Part shown: positions 38,698 to 51,980 of the stretch, piece after piece
How the letters are laid out: each line of letters opens with the position of its first letter
Numbering within the stretch: position 1 is the first letter of the stretch
Assembly: GCF_963921235.1 (NCBI RefSeq)
Contig: NC_086097.1
Span: 72,914,001 to 72,978,000 of the forward strand
DNA: 64,000 nucleotides
Source of the DNA: Mobula hypostoma
Taxonomy: Eukaryota
Direction of reading: 5' to 3'
Made by a program: the position numbers and the translations under genes
Notes under the pieces: generated by a model
Databases searched by the model: none
What the model saw: only the letters and a program-made list of their open reading frames with translations
What the model was told of the DNA's origin: nothing

Positions 38698-38715
38698 CAT
38701 TACTGTGCAAAAGTC

Positions 38716-38761
<46 letters not shown>

Positions 38762-38796
38762 CGCGCACACGCGCCTAAGACTATTGCACAGTACTG
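38698..38796. mobile_element. Tc1/mariner MITE made of TIRs around a (TA)n(GT)n(GC)n microsatellite
   Basis: TA-cattactgtgcaaaagtct ... agactattgcacagtactg-TA; TA TSD. Confidence 0.85.
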
Positions 38797-40300
38797 TATG
38801 TCACTTTTTTTAAGTATCTGATTTCATTTTTTGTACCCAGGGTCACCCCACACTTCCTGCCTACCTGCCTGTGGTTTTGATAGGATGTATGTCCTCGGAT
38901 GTTTAGCTCCCAGCTGTGATCTTCCTTATGCCAACAACGTCATACCTGCCAGTTTCTAGCTGTGCTTATAAGCTCGTCAACCTTATTTTGTATGCTGCAT
39001 GCATTCAAAAATAACACCTTCAGTCCTGTATTCACCATCCTTCTTCTCATTTTTTTTCTCCATGTTGCCTGATGTTAAATTCTTATCTATTTAATTTTTT
39101 TTGTCTTACTCTTTGCTCTGGAGACTTCAGTAACTTCTTCTGTACTCTCCTTCCCTTTTACTTACCAAGCTGATGCACCAGTGCTCCCTACTATTTAGTC
39201 TCTAATTTGCTCAAGCAGTCTCACCCCCATCCCCCTCCATCAAATACCATGTACCATAGCCCTCTCTTGTTTTTTCTTTCAGTTCTCTACAATTCTTTCA
39301 GTACTGACTGCTCACTCATTACCACAGCTAGAAGCAGTTTATGGTTGCCAGTCACTTTCGCCCATCCCAGCAGCCTGTGTCCACAGCCTGTGGCTTAACC
39401 CAGAACTTGTGAGACTTCCAGTGAACACAGGAGAACATGCAGCTACTGGGCTAACGCCAGATATCTCAGTGTCCTAATGCCCTATGAATGGGTTGGCGGG
39501 TCAGGCAGACAATGTCTAAGACTGGGAAGTACAGACTAATTGAATCCTGAGTGAAACGGTGTGCAAATATTACAGTCCAATCGACCAAGGTCCATTACGG
39601 AACACTTGTGATCACCCTGTCTGGTCATTAGTAGACGCCATGCTACACTGGTACTTACTAAATACACTGCTTACATAGCCAATGAATGTGAATCAGATAG
39701 TAATATCTCATGTTTCATTCTAAATCTATGCTAGCTTTTTAAATTGAAGAATCAATGAGATGCTGAAATCAAGGAATAGGATTATTCCCATATGCATCAA
39801 TATCCCAGGCTATTTAACTAAATTCCTTTTCCCACCCACTAGTTGTTGTTTCAGTCTGGGGATGGACATTGAAAAACTGCAACAAGCAATTGAACGTATC
39901 TGACCACGTTAATGGTCACATGGATATTGTGCATAATGCCATATAATTTGATTTAGGTCTGGCAGACAGAGTTTGATTGATGGGATGCTTGCGATAACAT
40001 CAGGACTTTTGCAGGGAAAAATTAGCCCAAAGTGAACTTACAGTTTTTAAGTGGTTGCATCTATAAATAGCTGTGGTTTAGCAGTAAACAAAATGGAAGA
40101 TGCCCTTGTGAAACAGCATATGTACCCTTGCATTTCTAAACACTGAAGTGGGTTTCTGCAGAGAATCTACATTGCTTTCTTGGATAGCCAGATGCTACAA
40201 ATTCTTTACATATGTGACATGCATGGCATCATAGATATGAATGTCGTGAATTGTGGGCCTAAATGCGGATGCATATATTAAGGTATGCTATTTCAATAAT

Positions 40301-41811
40301 AGAAACATAGAAACATAGAAAACTTACAGCACAGTACAGGCCTTTCAGCCCACAAAGCTGTGCCAAACATGTCCTTACCTTAGAACTACCTAGGCTTACC
40401 CATGGCCCTCTATTTTTCGAAGCTCCATGTACCTACCCAGGAGGCTCTTAAAAGACCCTATCGTTTCCGCCTCCACCACCACTTCTAGCAGCCCATTCCA
40501 CGCACTCACCACTATCTGCGTAAAAAAACTTACCCTGACATCTCCTCTGTACCTACTTCCAAGCACATTAAAACTATGCCCTCTCATGCTAGCCATTTCA
40601 GCCCTGGGGAAAAGCCTCTGACTATCCACATGATCAATGCCTCTCATTATCTTGTACACCTCAATCAGGTCACTTCTCATCCTCCGTCACTCCAAGGAGA
40701 AAAGGCCGAGTTCACTCAACCTATTCTCAAAAGGCATGCTCTCCAATCCAGGCAACATCCTTGTAAATCTCCTCTGCACCCTTTTTATGGTTTCCACGTC
40801 CTTCCTACTGTGAGGCGAGCAGAAATGAGCACAGTACTCCAAGTGGGGTCTGACCAGGGTCCTATATAGCTGCAACATTACCTCTTGGCTCTTAAGCTCA
40901 ATCCCACGACTGATGAAGGCACCATATGCCTTCTTAACCACAGAGTCAACCTGTGTAGCAGCTTTGAGTGTCCTATGGACTCGGACCCCAAGATCCCTCT
41001 GATCCTTCACATTGCCAAGAGTCTTACCATTAATACTATATTCTGCCATCATATTTGACCTACCAAAATGAACCACCTCACACTTATCTGGGTTGAACTC
41101 CATCTGCCACCTCTCAGCCCAGTTTTGCATCCTATCAATGTCCAGCTGTAACCTCTGACAGCCCTCCACACTATCCACAACACCTCCAACCTTTGTGTCA
41201 TCAGCAAATTTACTAACCCATCCCTCCACTTCCTCATCCAGGTCATTTATAAAAATCCATGAAGAGTAGTGGTCCCAGAACAGATCCCTGAGGCACACCA
41301 GTGGTCAGCGACCTCCATGCAGAATATGACCCATCTACAACCACTCTTTGCCTTCTGTGGGCAAGCCAATTCTGGATCCACAAAGCAATGTCCCCTTGGA
41401 TCCCATACCTCCTTACTTTCTCAATAAGCCTTACATGGGGTACCTTATCAAATGTCTTGCTGAAATCCGTATACACTACACCTATGGCTCTACCTTCATC
41501 AATGTGTTTAGGCACATCCTCAAAAAATTCAGTCAGGCTCATAAGGCACAACCTGCCTTTGACAAAGCTATACTGACTATTCCTAATGATATTATGCCTC
41601 TCCAAACGTTCATAAATCCTGCCTCTCAGGATCTTCTTCATCAACTTACCAACCACTGAGGTAAGAATCACTGGTCTATAATGTCCTGGGCTATATCTAC
41701 TCCCTTTTTTGAATAAGGGTACAACATCCGCAACCCTCCAATCCTCCGGAACTTCTCCCGTCCTCATTGATAATGCAAAGATCATCGCCAGAGGCTCAGC
41801 ATTCTCTTCCC
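40301..41811 (-). mobile_element. CR1 LINE, 5'-truncated RT plus 3' UTR
   Basis: Minus ORFs 41243..41833, 40687..41298 (FADDTK, RPHLEYC) and 40396..40680; tail agaaacatagaaacatag. Confidence 0.95.
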
Positions 41812-42199
41812 TGCTGGAAAAACCTTCCATCATGATCAGAATTTTAAAGGCAGTAATCTCATCATGAGCTCCTGCTGTAAGTACCAGGCCTGATTCAGTT
41901 CAGCTTTTTCATGATGTGCACTCAGATGTGGGAGCGGATAAAATACAGGAGAAAGGATTGTTAAGTCTTCAGACATGGTCTCCATTAAATGTAATCCTAT
42001 TAAAATCAGTTTAATTAATGACACACCATTTAACTTGCACTCAACCTCCCAATAACAGTCTGCACTTTTAGCCATATTGTTTTTCAGCATGCATCTTATA
42101 GAGCTGTTCGAATAGTGAAATCAGAATATACTATACACTGTTATGTGTCCAGTGACCTCTGTCATAGGTGCATGTGGAGAACAATGATATAACTTTCCA

Positions 42200-42900
42200 G
42201 GGTATTGTTGGAGATCTATATTTGTCCAGTCAAGTAAAGTTGTAATTGCTGGAAAGGCTTTGGAATGCCAGGAAGGAAGTCACTTGGCTTGGATAACCCA
42301 GCTACTGAGCTATCTGTTTGGCCTTGAATTTACAATCTGCTTCATTTATGTTTCTGGTTAATGGCAAACATCTGGATGAGGATGATAGGAGACTTGGAAA
42401 TGGTATTGCCATTGAACGCCAAGGGAAACATGATTTAACTCTTGCTGGAAAAGTCATTGTGTGGCAGATATTATAATTGCCACTTATCTACCATTGTCTG
42501 AATAATATTGAAGTTTCGTTGAAAACAGGTGCCATCGGCATGGCTTTCTGAGGTGTAAATGAATGGGAATGTACATTGCTCAAACATCTCTACTTCTCAC
42601 CTCATGGTGGAGGGAAGGTCATTGGTGAAGCAGCTAAAGATTATTAGGTCTAGGAGGCTGCCTAAGGAACTCCTGCAGTGATGTCCTAGGACAGAGGTGA
42701 TTAAACTTCAGCAGCTTCAACCATCTTCCTTTACGATGCTCCAGTTCTTGGAATGTATTTCCTCCTGATGTCTTTGAACTTCAGATTTACTGAGCTTCCT
42801 TCATGCAACACATAATGAATTAAACTTCATAGCTAATTTCTGCCTTGATGTCACTTATCTCTGAAAACCAGAGCTTTTTCTCATATTTAAATCAAATCTA
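42200..42900 (-). mobile_element. Ancient CR1-clade LINE fragment (second lineage)
   Basis: Decayed gtcattgtgtggcaga...ccacttatc and gagggaaggtcattggtgaagcagctaaagat blocks; recognised by pattern only. Confidence 0.45.
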
Positions 42901-43359
42901 TAATTTGTTCTGAAGCTCAATGACAGGGTGAAACCCAGACTGACTTGAATAGACTGTCCACTGCAAGTGATTAATGAAAGTCCCATCATTGCCCCAAACT
43001 TAAAATATTTTGTTGGCCCTGGTGTCCCAATTGGATGTACTGAGTATTAGTTGTCCCTAAGCTAATGTAGCTGAACAAGTTCCACACTCAAAACTCTGCT
43101 GAAATTCAAACTCAAAAAAATTTTTCAAGTGAACCTAAAATACATGCTTTAAATAATATTTTTGTTTAAATAAAAAGAGATAAAATCAAATTAACATACT
43201 TAAAATAATTTTAAACAATTAAAAATATTGACCAAAACAGAATTTAAAAATAAATCAGTATTTACTTTTCCACAGCTCTGCGATTTTCCCATTGAACTGA
43301 ATATAGTTGTAGATGCTGTGCCAGGTCTAACTTAGCTGAGAGTCTAACAGCAGATTCCT

Positions 43360-43695
43360 CAGTGTCAATGTTGAGGAATATCAATAGCTTCTCTGCTTCC
43401 AACCCCATTGTCTCTACCAGTCAGAAGGACAAGGACAGCAACAGCAAGAGAAAACCACCACTTGGAAATTTCCCTCCAAAGCACACACCAGACTGGCTTG
43501 GAAATATATCGCAGTTCATTCACTATCACTGTCAAAATCCCAGAACCCTCTCTGTAACAGCATTGCAGGTATACCCACACCTCAAGGACTTGGGTGATTC
43601 AGGAAGGCAGCTCACCAGCACATCCTCAGGGTCAACTAGAAAATGGCAATGAACTGCTGGCTCAGTCAGTGAAACCCACATCCCTTCAATGAATA
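43360..43695 (+). mobile_element. Ancient CR1-clade LINE 3' end (second lineage)
   Basis: cacaccagactggcttggaaatatatcgc...gaaggcagctcaccagcacatcctc...cccacatcccttcaatgaat. Confidence 0.55.
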
Positions 43696-45267
43696 TACAT
43701 CTCTATTTGACCCCACGCAGAGTTCAGCAGCTGAGAAATGATTGGCAAATCTTGGCCCGTCAGTTCAGGACTTCTGTGTTCACACAGGAACCTGGAAGTC
43801 TGCCAGGACCTACACTGAGAAACATGAATTACTAGTGAAACCCAGCAAAATACAGCTTAATATTTGTGTGTTTGCATGTTGCTAGGCTGACTATAACCTA
43901 CATATATTAATAATCGGGTTCAACTTCTATGCTATATTTTAGTTAATACAAAATCATACTTTCCAAATATTCAGCCCTTATTTCTGCTGGCAATTAATTT
44001 TTATATGGCTATGTTTTATTTTGAATGCAGATCTCCAATGTGATTATCTTTCCCAAGGTGTTATTGAAGATGTGAACAAATATCCAAAAAGACAATATGG
44101 TTACTCCCGTCAGTTAATCACAGATAATCTGCCAATTATTATGGCTGTAGCAATATCTGACTGAGGAACTCCTGGAATCTTCAGAAGGATGATCCTATTT
44201 TACTTGTGCCAGAAAAATGAAATGGAACCTAATTATGGCCAGTACCTAATAGAGCTGACAATATCTGTACCCTTAACAAGCAAAGTCATGCAGGTGTTCC
44301 TACCTCAATTCACCAGACTGGTACCTTGATATAGGAACCAGAAAAGGGACATATTAAAGATGGAAATTCAGAGGAAGTCAGCAAGATAAATTCAGATCAG
44401 GGGGCCAAGATAACCGAAAACAGAAAACAGAAAAGAAAGAGGGCAGGACTACAGAACATGAAAGTTGCTATTAAGGCAATCTCTTTTGAACAATTGCTCC
44501 CTGGAGAATTATCTCTTCTGTGAAATAGGGACTTTGGGACATTGCTTTTTCATCTTTGTTATTTGTTTGGCTCACTACACGTTCTATAGAAATTTGCAAT
44601 TTGATTTTATGGCTTTGTGAGCAAGGGATCTGTATAAATTAATGTACAGAGTAGGGCACTGAACTGTAGTGGTCCACACAGGAAAGGAGACAGGCAACAT
44701 TCATCAGGCAAATGTTGATGCTCTAGCAAAAATAACAGGCACTTCAGGTTCAGAAGTTTCAAGTATCTGAAAGGCCCATTAAAGATGAACTAAAAATGAG
44801 AAAATTATAAAACCCACATCAGGTCTGTCAATACCATCAACAAGAAAGATTGAAGCTTCAATTAAAAGCTGTTCCTGAATCGATGTATATTTTTAGCATT
44901 TCTTGATATCAAGTCCCACATCATTTGCTTTTTAGTCTTCAGAGATATGAAAATCTTACAGACATTGAAATGTTCACAAACTTAAACATACACATTGTGC
45001 AGCTCAATGTAAAGTACGTTTGCAGTGTTCACGATACTGCTTGCTTAACAGGTACTTTCAAAGTTTAGGCTTGAATCATTATTTTAAAAATGTATTCACA
45101 TCTACTTTTAAAGGAATTCAATATTTTTGGGGCTTTTTACAGCAAGAATATTGTGTAAAAGGATGAGGTCCATGTCCACTCAATGACAGTACATTGCTTA
45201 CGTTGGCCAAGACAAGAACAGCACTCTCTGTGGAGGAATAGAGAATAGCTGGCAGGTACCTCTGGAT

Positions 45268-46330
45268 TTCAAGTTCAAGTTCTAGCTTATTGTCATTTGA
45301 TTGTACATATATACAACCAAATGAAATAGTGTCCCTCCAGATCACAGTCCACCTACAAAATATACCTCATACGCAGCACATAAACCAAAATATTACCAGA
45401 AGTTAATAAAATATAATTCAAAATGCATGTAGTGCACAGCACAGCTGAAGAGTAAACAGCTCGCTGCCCTCGTGATGAGAACACAATGGTGGCAGGGTAT
45501 TCATTAGTCTCACAGGCTGAGGGAAGAAGCTGTTACCCATTCTGCTAGTTCTAGTCCTGATGCTTCTGAACCTCCTGCCTGATGGTAGTGGGTCAAAGCG
45601 ATTATGGGATAGGTGGTAGCGATCCTCAACAATGCTTAGGTTCCATCCTCTGCAACACTTCCGGTAAATGTTACAAATAAGGAGGAGAAAGATCCTGATG
45701 ATCCTCTCGGCAGTTTTTACTGTCTGCTGTAGACGTTTGTGGTCCGATGCCTTGCAGATTCAGTCCCACACCTTGAAATAGCCAGCTTGGACACTATTGA
45801 TGGTGCTCCTGTTGTAAGTTGTTAGAATGAGGGTGGACAGCCTTACACTCCAATCTCCCCAGGAAGTATGGAAGCGTTTGTGCCTTCTGGACTGGTGAGG
45901 AGGTTTGGTGGGTCTAGGAGAGGATATTCATGAAGAGCACACCAAAAAACGTGGTGTTCTTCACGGCAGAGCCATTGACGTGTAATGGAGAGTGTTGACC
46001 TGTGCCTTCCTAAAGTCCACAATCATCTCTTTTGTCTTGTCCATGCTGAGACTCAAGTTATTGTTCTTGCGTCATTTGACAAGCATCTCTACCTCCTCTC
46101 TGTATGCCGACCCATCACTGTTGCTGATGAGGCCTACAGCTGTAGTATCATCAGCAAACAAGATTATGCAGTTTGAGCTGGATCTGACAGTGTAGTTATG
46201 TAGTATGAACAACAGCAGGTTCAGCACACAGCCCTGGGGGCACCAGTGCTCAGTGTGATGAAGCTTGAAATGTTGTTGCCAACTCGGACTGACCGGGGTC
46301 TTTATGTAAAGTCATCCAAGATCCAGTTAC
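45268..46330 (-). mobile_element. Rex1/Babar-clade LINE, 5'-truncated and decayed
   Basis: ttcaagttcaag tail; minus strand reads FADDTTAVGLISN and LSMDKTKEMIVDFRK. Confidence 0.85.
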
Positions 46331-46470
46331 AGTTCAATGTTTAACTGCAAAATCATAAAGTTCAAAGATTGGTATCAGATTATGAAGATGATTGTTAATA
46401 GCCTCAACATTATTCAAGTTTCAAACCTTGGGCTAATGTGTGGTATTTGCTTATCGTGTACCTTATTGGG

Positions 46471-46963
46471 TCACAGGAAAGCAGCATCCATCATCAAGAA
46501 CCCCCACCATCCTGGCCATGCTCTCTTCTCGCTGCTGCCATCAGGAGGAAGGTACAGGAGCCTCAGGACCCACTCCACCAGGTTCAGGAACAATTATTAA
46601 CTCTCAACTATCGGGTCATTGAACCAGAGGGGATAACTTCACTCAACATCACTTACCCCATCACTGAATTGTTCCCACAACTTATGGACTCACTTTCACG
46701 GACTTTTCATCTCATGTTCTCAATTTTTATTGCTTATTTATTATTACTATTATTATCATCATCAATTTTATCACTCTTCTGTCTATTTGTATTTGCACAG
46801 GTTGTTGTCTTTTGCACACTGGTTGTTTGTCTATCCTGTTGGTCTTTATTGGTTCCATTGTGTTTCTTGTATTTACTGTGAATGCCCACAAGAAAATGAA
46901 TCTCAGGGTTGACGTATATGGTGACATATATGCACTTTGATAATAAATTTACTTTGAACTTTG
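46471..46963 (+). mobile_element. Rex1/Babar 3' fragment (same family as 825-1670)
   Basis: RKAASIIKNPHHPGHALFSLLPSGGRYRSLRTHSTRFRN; tail actttgaactttg. Confidence 0.88.
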
Positions 46964-48934
46964 CATTAAATATTAAAACAATATTACTGTACTTTGTCCA
47001 ATAGTTTACTTCTTACTAAGTATTAATAATGTACATTTGCGGCTTTTTATCTTGATACAACTGATTTAGGCAAGAGCCATACCTAAGCACTAATTGATAA
47101 TGGGGATATTCATCAAAGTCCATCACTTTTAGAGATATCAAAGTTAAGAAATCAATCGTGTTTTCTTTGAAATCAATAATAATCCAGTGCAAGAGATTTG
47201 TATTCCAAGCACATTAGAATGTGATGACATTGCTCTCGTGAAAGATCCGTTTGGCAGATACTGTGAGGGTGAATGCCAACGCATTCTTCCACATACATCT
47301 TCTAATGGCCCACTCAAGAATAATGTTATCCATCATTTAATGCAATTTATGCTGTGATACTTGCAGCTCTTTAGTAAAATAGAAGGTGGGTGGATTAAAC
47401 ATACAGTGTAAAAATTCAACACAGTTTTTGAGTATAATTAAATACAAATGATATGCTTTTGAGATATATTGACTTTTATGCAGATTAACTCACATGTTGT
47501 ACTATTGCGGATTTATTTAGTTCAGAAAATACTATACCCAACCATATGGAAACGATCATCTTTCATATCAGTGGGTTGTACATATTAATACTTAATCGAT
47601 ATCAGAATTTCTTCACTTTTCTAATATTACCTTCTCATAAACTCTACACTTAGTACCTTTAATGTATTGGACTCTAAGAGTATTTATCTCAGTGGGCACA
47701 AATGTTCTTTTAGAACCTGCAACATTTTTTTATTGTGAGCTTCTGTTTCCAGTTTTATGAAAAGGGCTTCGTATTCTACGGTTTCTATGGAGACCAAGGC
47801 AGTGCAAGCAATAAACGTTATTCAATAGCTGTCAACCTATATGCAGGGGCTTTAATCACTGAATCTCACAAGAGGAAACATCTGTTCAGCAATACTTTGA
47901 CACTTTACATATTTAATGTAACCTCCTTAATAAACAGTCTTCTCTTTGCATTCCTTTAATGTTTTCACCTCCTCAGAGATTACTTAATTGGAAATACAGT
48001 GGAGCAGAGCAGTTGTCAATAACTTAATGGGCCAGGCCTTCTTGAGCTTTACCAGTGGTTTGGATTGGAACTGCCAGTGGTCAGTCAATTAAACTGCTGT
48101 TATACTGGACCTGCATGCATATGTTTTCGAATGCACAGGTCCAGGACTGGTGCAACAACAGATGTGCTGCATCGATCCCCCCTCTCTGTCACTGGACTTC
48201 ACATGAAGCCCAGCCATTTGTCTCATCTTTCTCGGATTTCTCGGCATTATGCTAGAAGTTATCTTCATGACCTTACACAGAATCCAATATTCTTTTCTTA
48301 CCTATGGGTATTCAAGGCAATTAGGTTAGGAGGCAATGCATTAAAGTTTATTGAATTGTTTAGCTTTAATTTAATTTTTTAACAACTTTGGTGTTTTGTA
48401 ATTTACAATATTTTTATTATTGTCAATTATTTTGAAGTATTAACTTCATACTTAATCATGTTCAGATGTCCCTGAATCCCAGAGACGTTTAAAATTTATT
48501 AAGATCTGTGGCAACCTACACAGTTAGTAAAGTTCTGACCTGAGCTGTCTTGTAGTGTGGGTGTCTGAGGCCTTCCAAGGCGTAGGTGCCATTTGCAATT
48601 CACTGCTGGACTCCAGAATGCAGAGAGAACATGTGGTGTAGGGGAGTGTGAATGGATGCAGCCAATTCTAAGCAGAAGGATATCTCTCAATACTTCTAGT
48701 AACAATGGATCCAATATCTCATCAGAATGCATCGTCTGCCTCTCCGAAGTTGGAGAAGTCAGCCATCGTTTTATGAGAGCAATTTATTTTCTCGTATTTT
48801 CAGATCGCTGAGGGAGTACATTCAGTTCGACTAGCCAATGGTTGTTTTTGGTGCAATCCTATCAAAACTTTTCCTACTAATGTCCCATATAAGCTGTTCT
48901 CTGCGTTATTCTCATCAAATGCACCCTATTCTCC

Positions 48935-49120
48935 TGTCATCCATCTACACGATGGACAATTTACAGTAACCAATTAGCCAGAGAATCCTTTGAATGCAGA
49001 AGGAATTTTAAGAACTGGGGAGAAGGTTACAAGGAGAATGGGCAAACTTCACACAAGCAGCACAGGAAGTCAGGATCAAACGGGAGAATTGTGAAGCAGC
49101 ATCACTACTTTCTGAGTTAA
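48935..49120 (-). mobile_element. Decayed V-SINE/HE1-type tRNA SINE
   Basis: ggacaatttacagtaaccaatta...ggagaatgggcaaacttcacacaagcagcac...gtcaggatcaaac; shares ggacaatttaca...caatta with 63850-64000. Confidence 0.55.
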
Positions 49121-51258
49121 TGTGTCACTTTATCACTGAACACTAACTGAAACATGCAAATTAAAACTTCAAACTTTACAGAGCCTCAAGACCCATGGCA
49201 GGACTGTACAGGAAGACCCACTGCGTCTTCAGTTGTTCTTCTCCAACCAGACTTCCTCTGGATTCCATCTTGCTTCCTTTTGTTCAATCCCTTCCCACTT
49301 ACTTCCATGGCTCCTCTGACACTCTTTGTCACCTAGACAGCTTATATTTACAATCCCCAATTCCTCCAGCAAGAAGTTAAACTTCTGGAGGAACTCAAAG
49401 AATCAAGTAACAACAGTGGAAGCAAAGAAATGGTCTACACTTCCAGTCTGAACTCTGCAATAGGACCCATATCCACTACCAATAAATCTTCCCAGCCCTT
49501 TCAGTATTCTGCAAGGATGCTTCGGTTTCAGGGTCTCTGGTCCACTATCCTACTTTCCCGTCTCACAACACTTTTCCATGAGCCACAGAAGATGCAACAC
49601 CTGCACTTTCACCTTTTCCCTTCCCATCGTCCTGTAACCCAAACAGTCCTTTCAGCTGAAGCAGAGATTTGTGAATGTTTCTTTCAATCATTCTACTGAA
49701 TTCAATGCTCTGCAAGGTGTTTTTCATTTGCATTAGAGAAACCAAACACAAATTGGATGACCACTTCATATCATTCGGATCATTCGGGAGACAGAGGCAG
49801 TAATAGATCGGAGTTTCAGGGAGACAGTCACCCCTAAAAGTCAGGAGACTGGTAACTGGTTGACTGTCAGGAGGGGGATGGGGAATAGACAGAATGAGCA
49901 GAGCACCCCTATGGCCGTTTCCATCAATAATAAGTATACCGTTTTGGATACTATTGGTGGCGACGACTTACCAGGGACAAGTTGCAGCGGTCACGTCTCT
50001 GGCACCAAGACTGGACCCTCAGCTCAGAAAGGAAGGAGGGAAAAGAGGAGAGCAGTAGTGATAGGGGATTCGATAATTATGGGGACAGATAAGAAGTTCT
50101 GTGAGAGAGATCGAGAACCCCAGATGGTCTGTTGCCTCCCTGGTGCCAGGGTCCGCGATATTTCGGTATTCTCGGAGAGAGGGTGAGCAGCCAGATGTCG
50201 TGGTCCATGTGGGGACCAATGACATAGATAGGAGTAGGGATGAGGTCCTGAAGAAGGAATATAGGGAGCTAGGGAAGAAGTTAAAAAGCAGGACCTCAAG
50301 GGTGGTAATCTCGGGATTGCTGCCTGTGCCACAAGACAGAGAGGGTAGGAGCAGGAAGTTATGGCAGATGAATGCATGGCTGAAGAGTTGGTGCAGGGGG
50401 CAGGGGTTCAGATTTCTGGATCATTGGGATCTCTTCTGGGGAAGGTCTGACCTGTACAAAAAGGATGGGCTGCACCTGAACTGGAAAAGGACCAATATCC
50501 TGGCGGGCAGGTTTGCTAGAGCTGTTGGGGAGGGTTTAAACTAGTTTGGCAGGGGGGTGGGAATCAGAATGTGAGTGCAGAGATTAAGGTAGAAGGACAA
50601 GGGCATGATGCTGTGTGTTCTGAGTTGGTGAGGAAGGACAGGCAGGGGACAAAACATAAAGGTAGCCAGTTAGAGGGGTTGAAATGTGTCTATTTCAACG
50701 CTAGGAGTATTAGGAATAAAGGGGATGAACTTAGAGCATGGATCAGTACGTGGAACTACGATATTGTAGCCGCTACTGAAACTTGGCTGGAGGAAGGGCA
50801 GGATTGGCTGATGCAGGTACCGGAGTTTAGGTGTTTTAAAAGGAATAGGATGGGAGGTAGAAAAACGGGGAGGTAGCATTACTGGTCAGGGGTAGTATCG
50901 TGGCTATAGAAAAGGAGGACGCTGCAGAGGGAGTGACCACTGAGTCGGTGTGGGTGGAAGTCAGAAATAGGAAGGGATCAATCACTGTGCTGGGAGTAGT
51001 CTATAGGCCCCCAAATAGCCCTCGGGACACCAAGGAACAGATAAGCAGGCAGATTTTAGAATGGTGTGGGAAATACAGGGTTGTAGTTATGGGTAATTTC
51101 AACTTCCCTCATATTGAGCGGCACCTCCTGACTGCAAAGGGGATAGATGGGGCCGAATTTGTCAGGAGTGTTCAAGAAGGATTCCTAATACAGTATATGG
51201 ACTGGCCGACAAGAGGAGAGGCCATACTGGATCTACTTCTGGGTAATGAACCTAGTCA

Positions 51259-51980
51259 TGTCATGGTCCGGATCAGGGTCCCTTTAAATTTACTTTGTTT
51301 ATGTTACGATCCGGACCGTTGACTCCCTGTTTCCCTTTGGTACCCTGTTTTCCCGTGTTCCTCGGGCTTGGTGATTGGAGGCAATTTACTCTCGGCTGAA
51401 ACGGCAGTTTATAGTCTCCGGCTTTCTGCCGTTCGGGGCAAGAGCATTTGCAAAGTCACCAAAGGTACTGCGAGCCAATGTCATCTGGCCGGAGCAAGTC
51501 TAGTCTTCCCCCGAAGTGAGTACCCATAAGTCGTCTTTCCTCACCAGAGTAACTCTGTCAAGTTACCTCGCCAAAGCAAGCCTGTAAAGTTTCCTCACCG
51601 AGGTGGGTCCATCAGTTAACCCGCCGGAGGGAATCAAGAGCCACTGTCTAATGTTCCCGGATGAGTCTAGAGCTCGCCACTACCTGGCGGCTCCCAGTAC
51701 CACATTCTGGCCCTGGTGGCTCCCAGTACCACATCCTGGCCTGGCGGCTCCCAGTACCACGTCCTGGCCCTGGCAGCTCCCAAGTCTCTAGTCACTTCCT
51801 GGCCCTGGAGGTCCGTGATTCCGAGTCCTAGCCCAAACACTTAGTCCCAGCCTGCTAGCCTCAAGACCAAGACTCCAAGCTTGTCTTCAAGCCTCAAGAC
51901 CAAGACCCCAGCCTGCTAACCTCTCAAGATGTGTCTTGCATTTGGGTCCACCCTTGCTCCCAATGCCCCCCATTGTGACA
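51259..51980 (+). mobile_element. Solo LTR (722 bp, Gypsy-like)
   Basis: TGTCAT...GTGACA inverted termini; TSD agtca (51254-51258) / ggtca (51981-51985); the host CR1 rejoins as GNEP.QV; orientation inferred. Confidence 0.88.
51686..51782. repeat. Minisatellite of about 29 bp, about 3.3 copies, inside the solo LTR
   Basis: gg(c/t)ggctcccagtaccac(a/g)t(t/c)ctggcc(c)t repeated. Confidence 0.9.

Larger units (their letters stand above)
28121..39205 (-). mobile_element. Old CR1 LINE (3' end 28121-28306, body 37097 to about 39205) split by an 8.8-kb nested insertion
   Basis: Minus-strand CR1 tail taagacgataagatataggagc...; the sequence rejoins across gacct at 28302-28306 and 37097-37101; LERRFKRMIPGL on the minus strand at 37149-37442. 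Confidence 0.85.

Noticed and set aside
51686..51782. Repeats of about 29 bp resembling a CRISPR array
   Set aside because: Head-to-tail minisatellite without spacers, inside an LTR, in eukaryotic DNA with no cas genes
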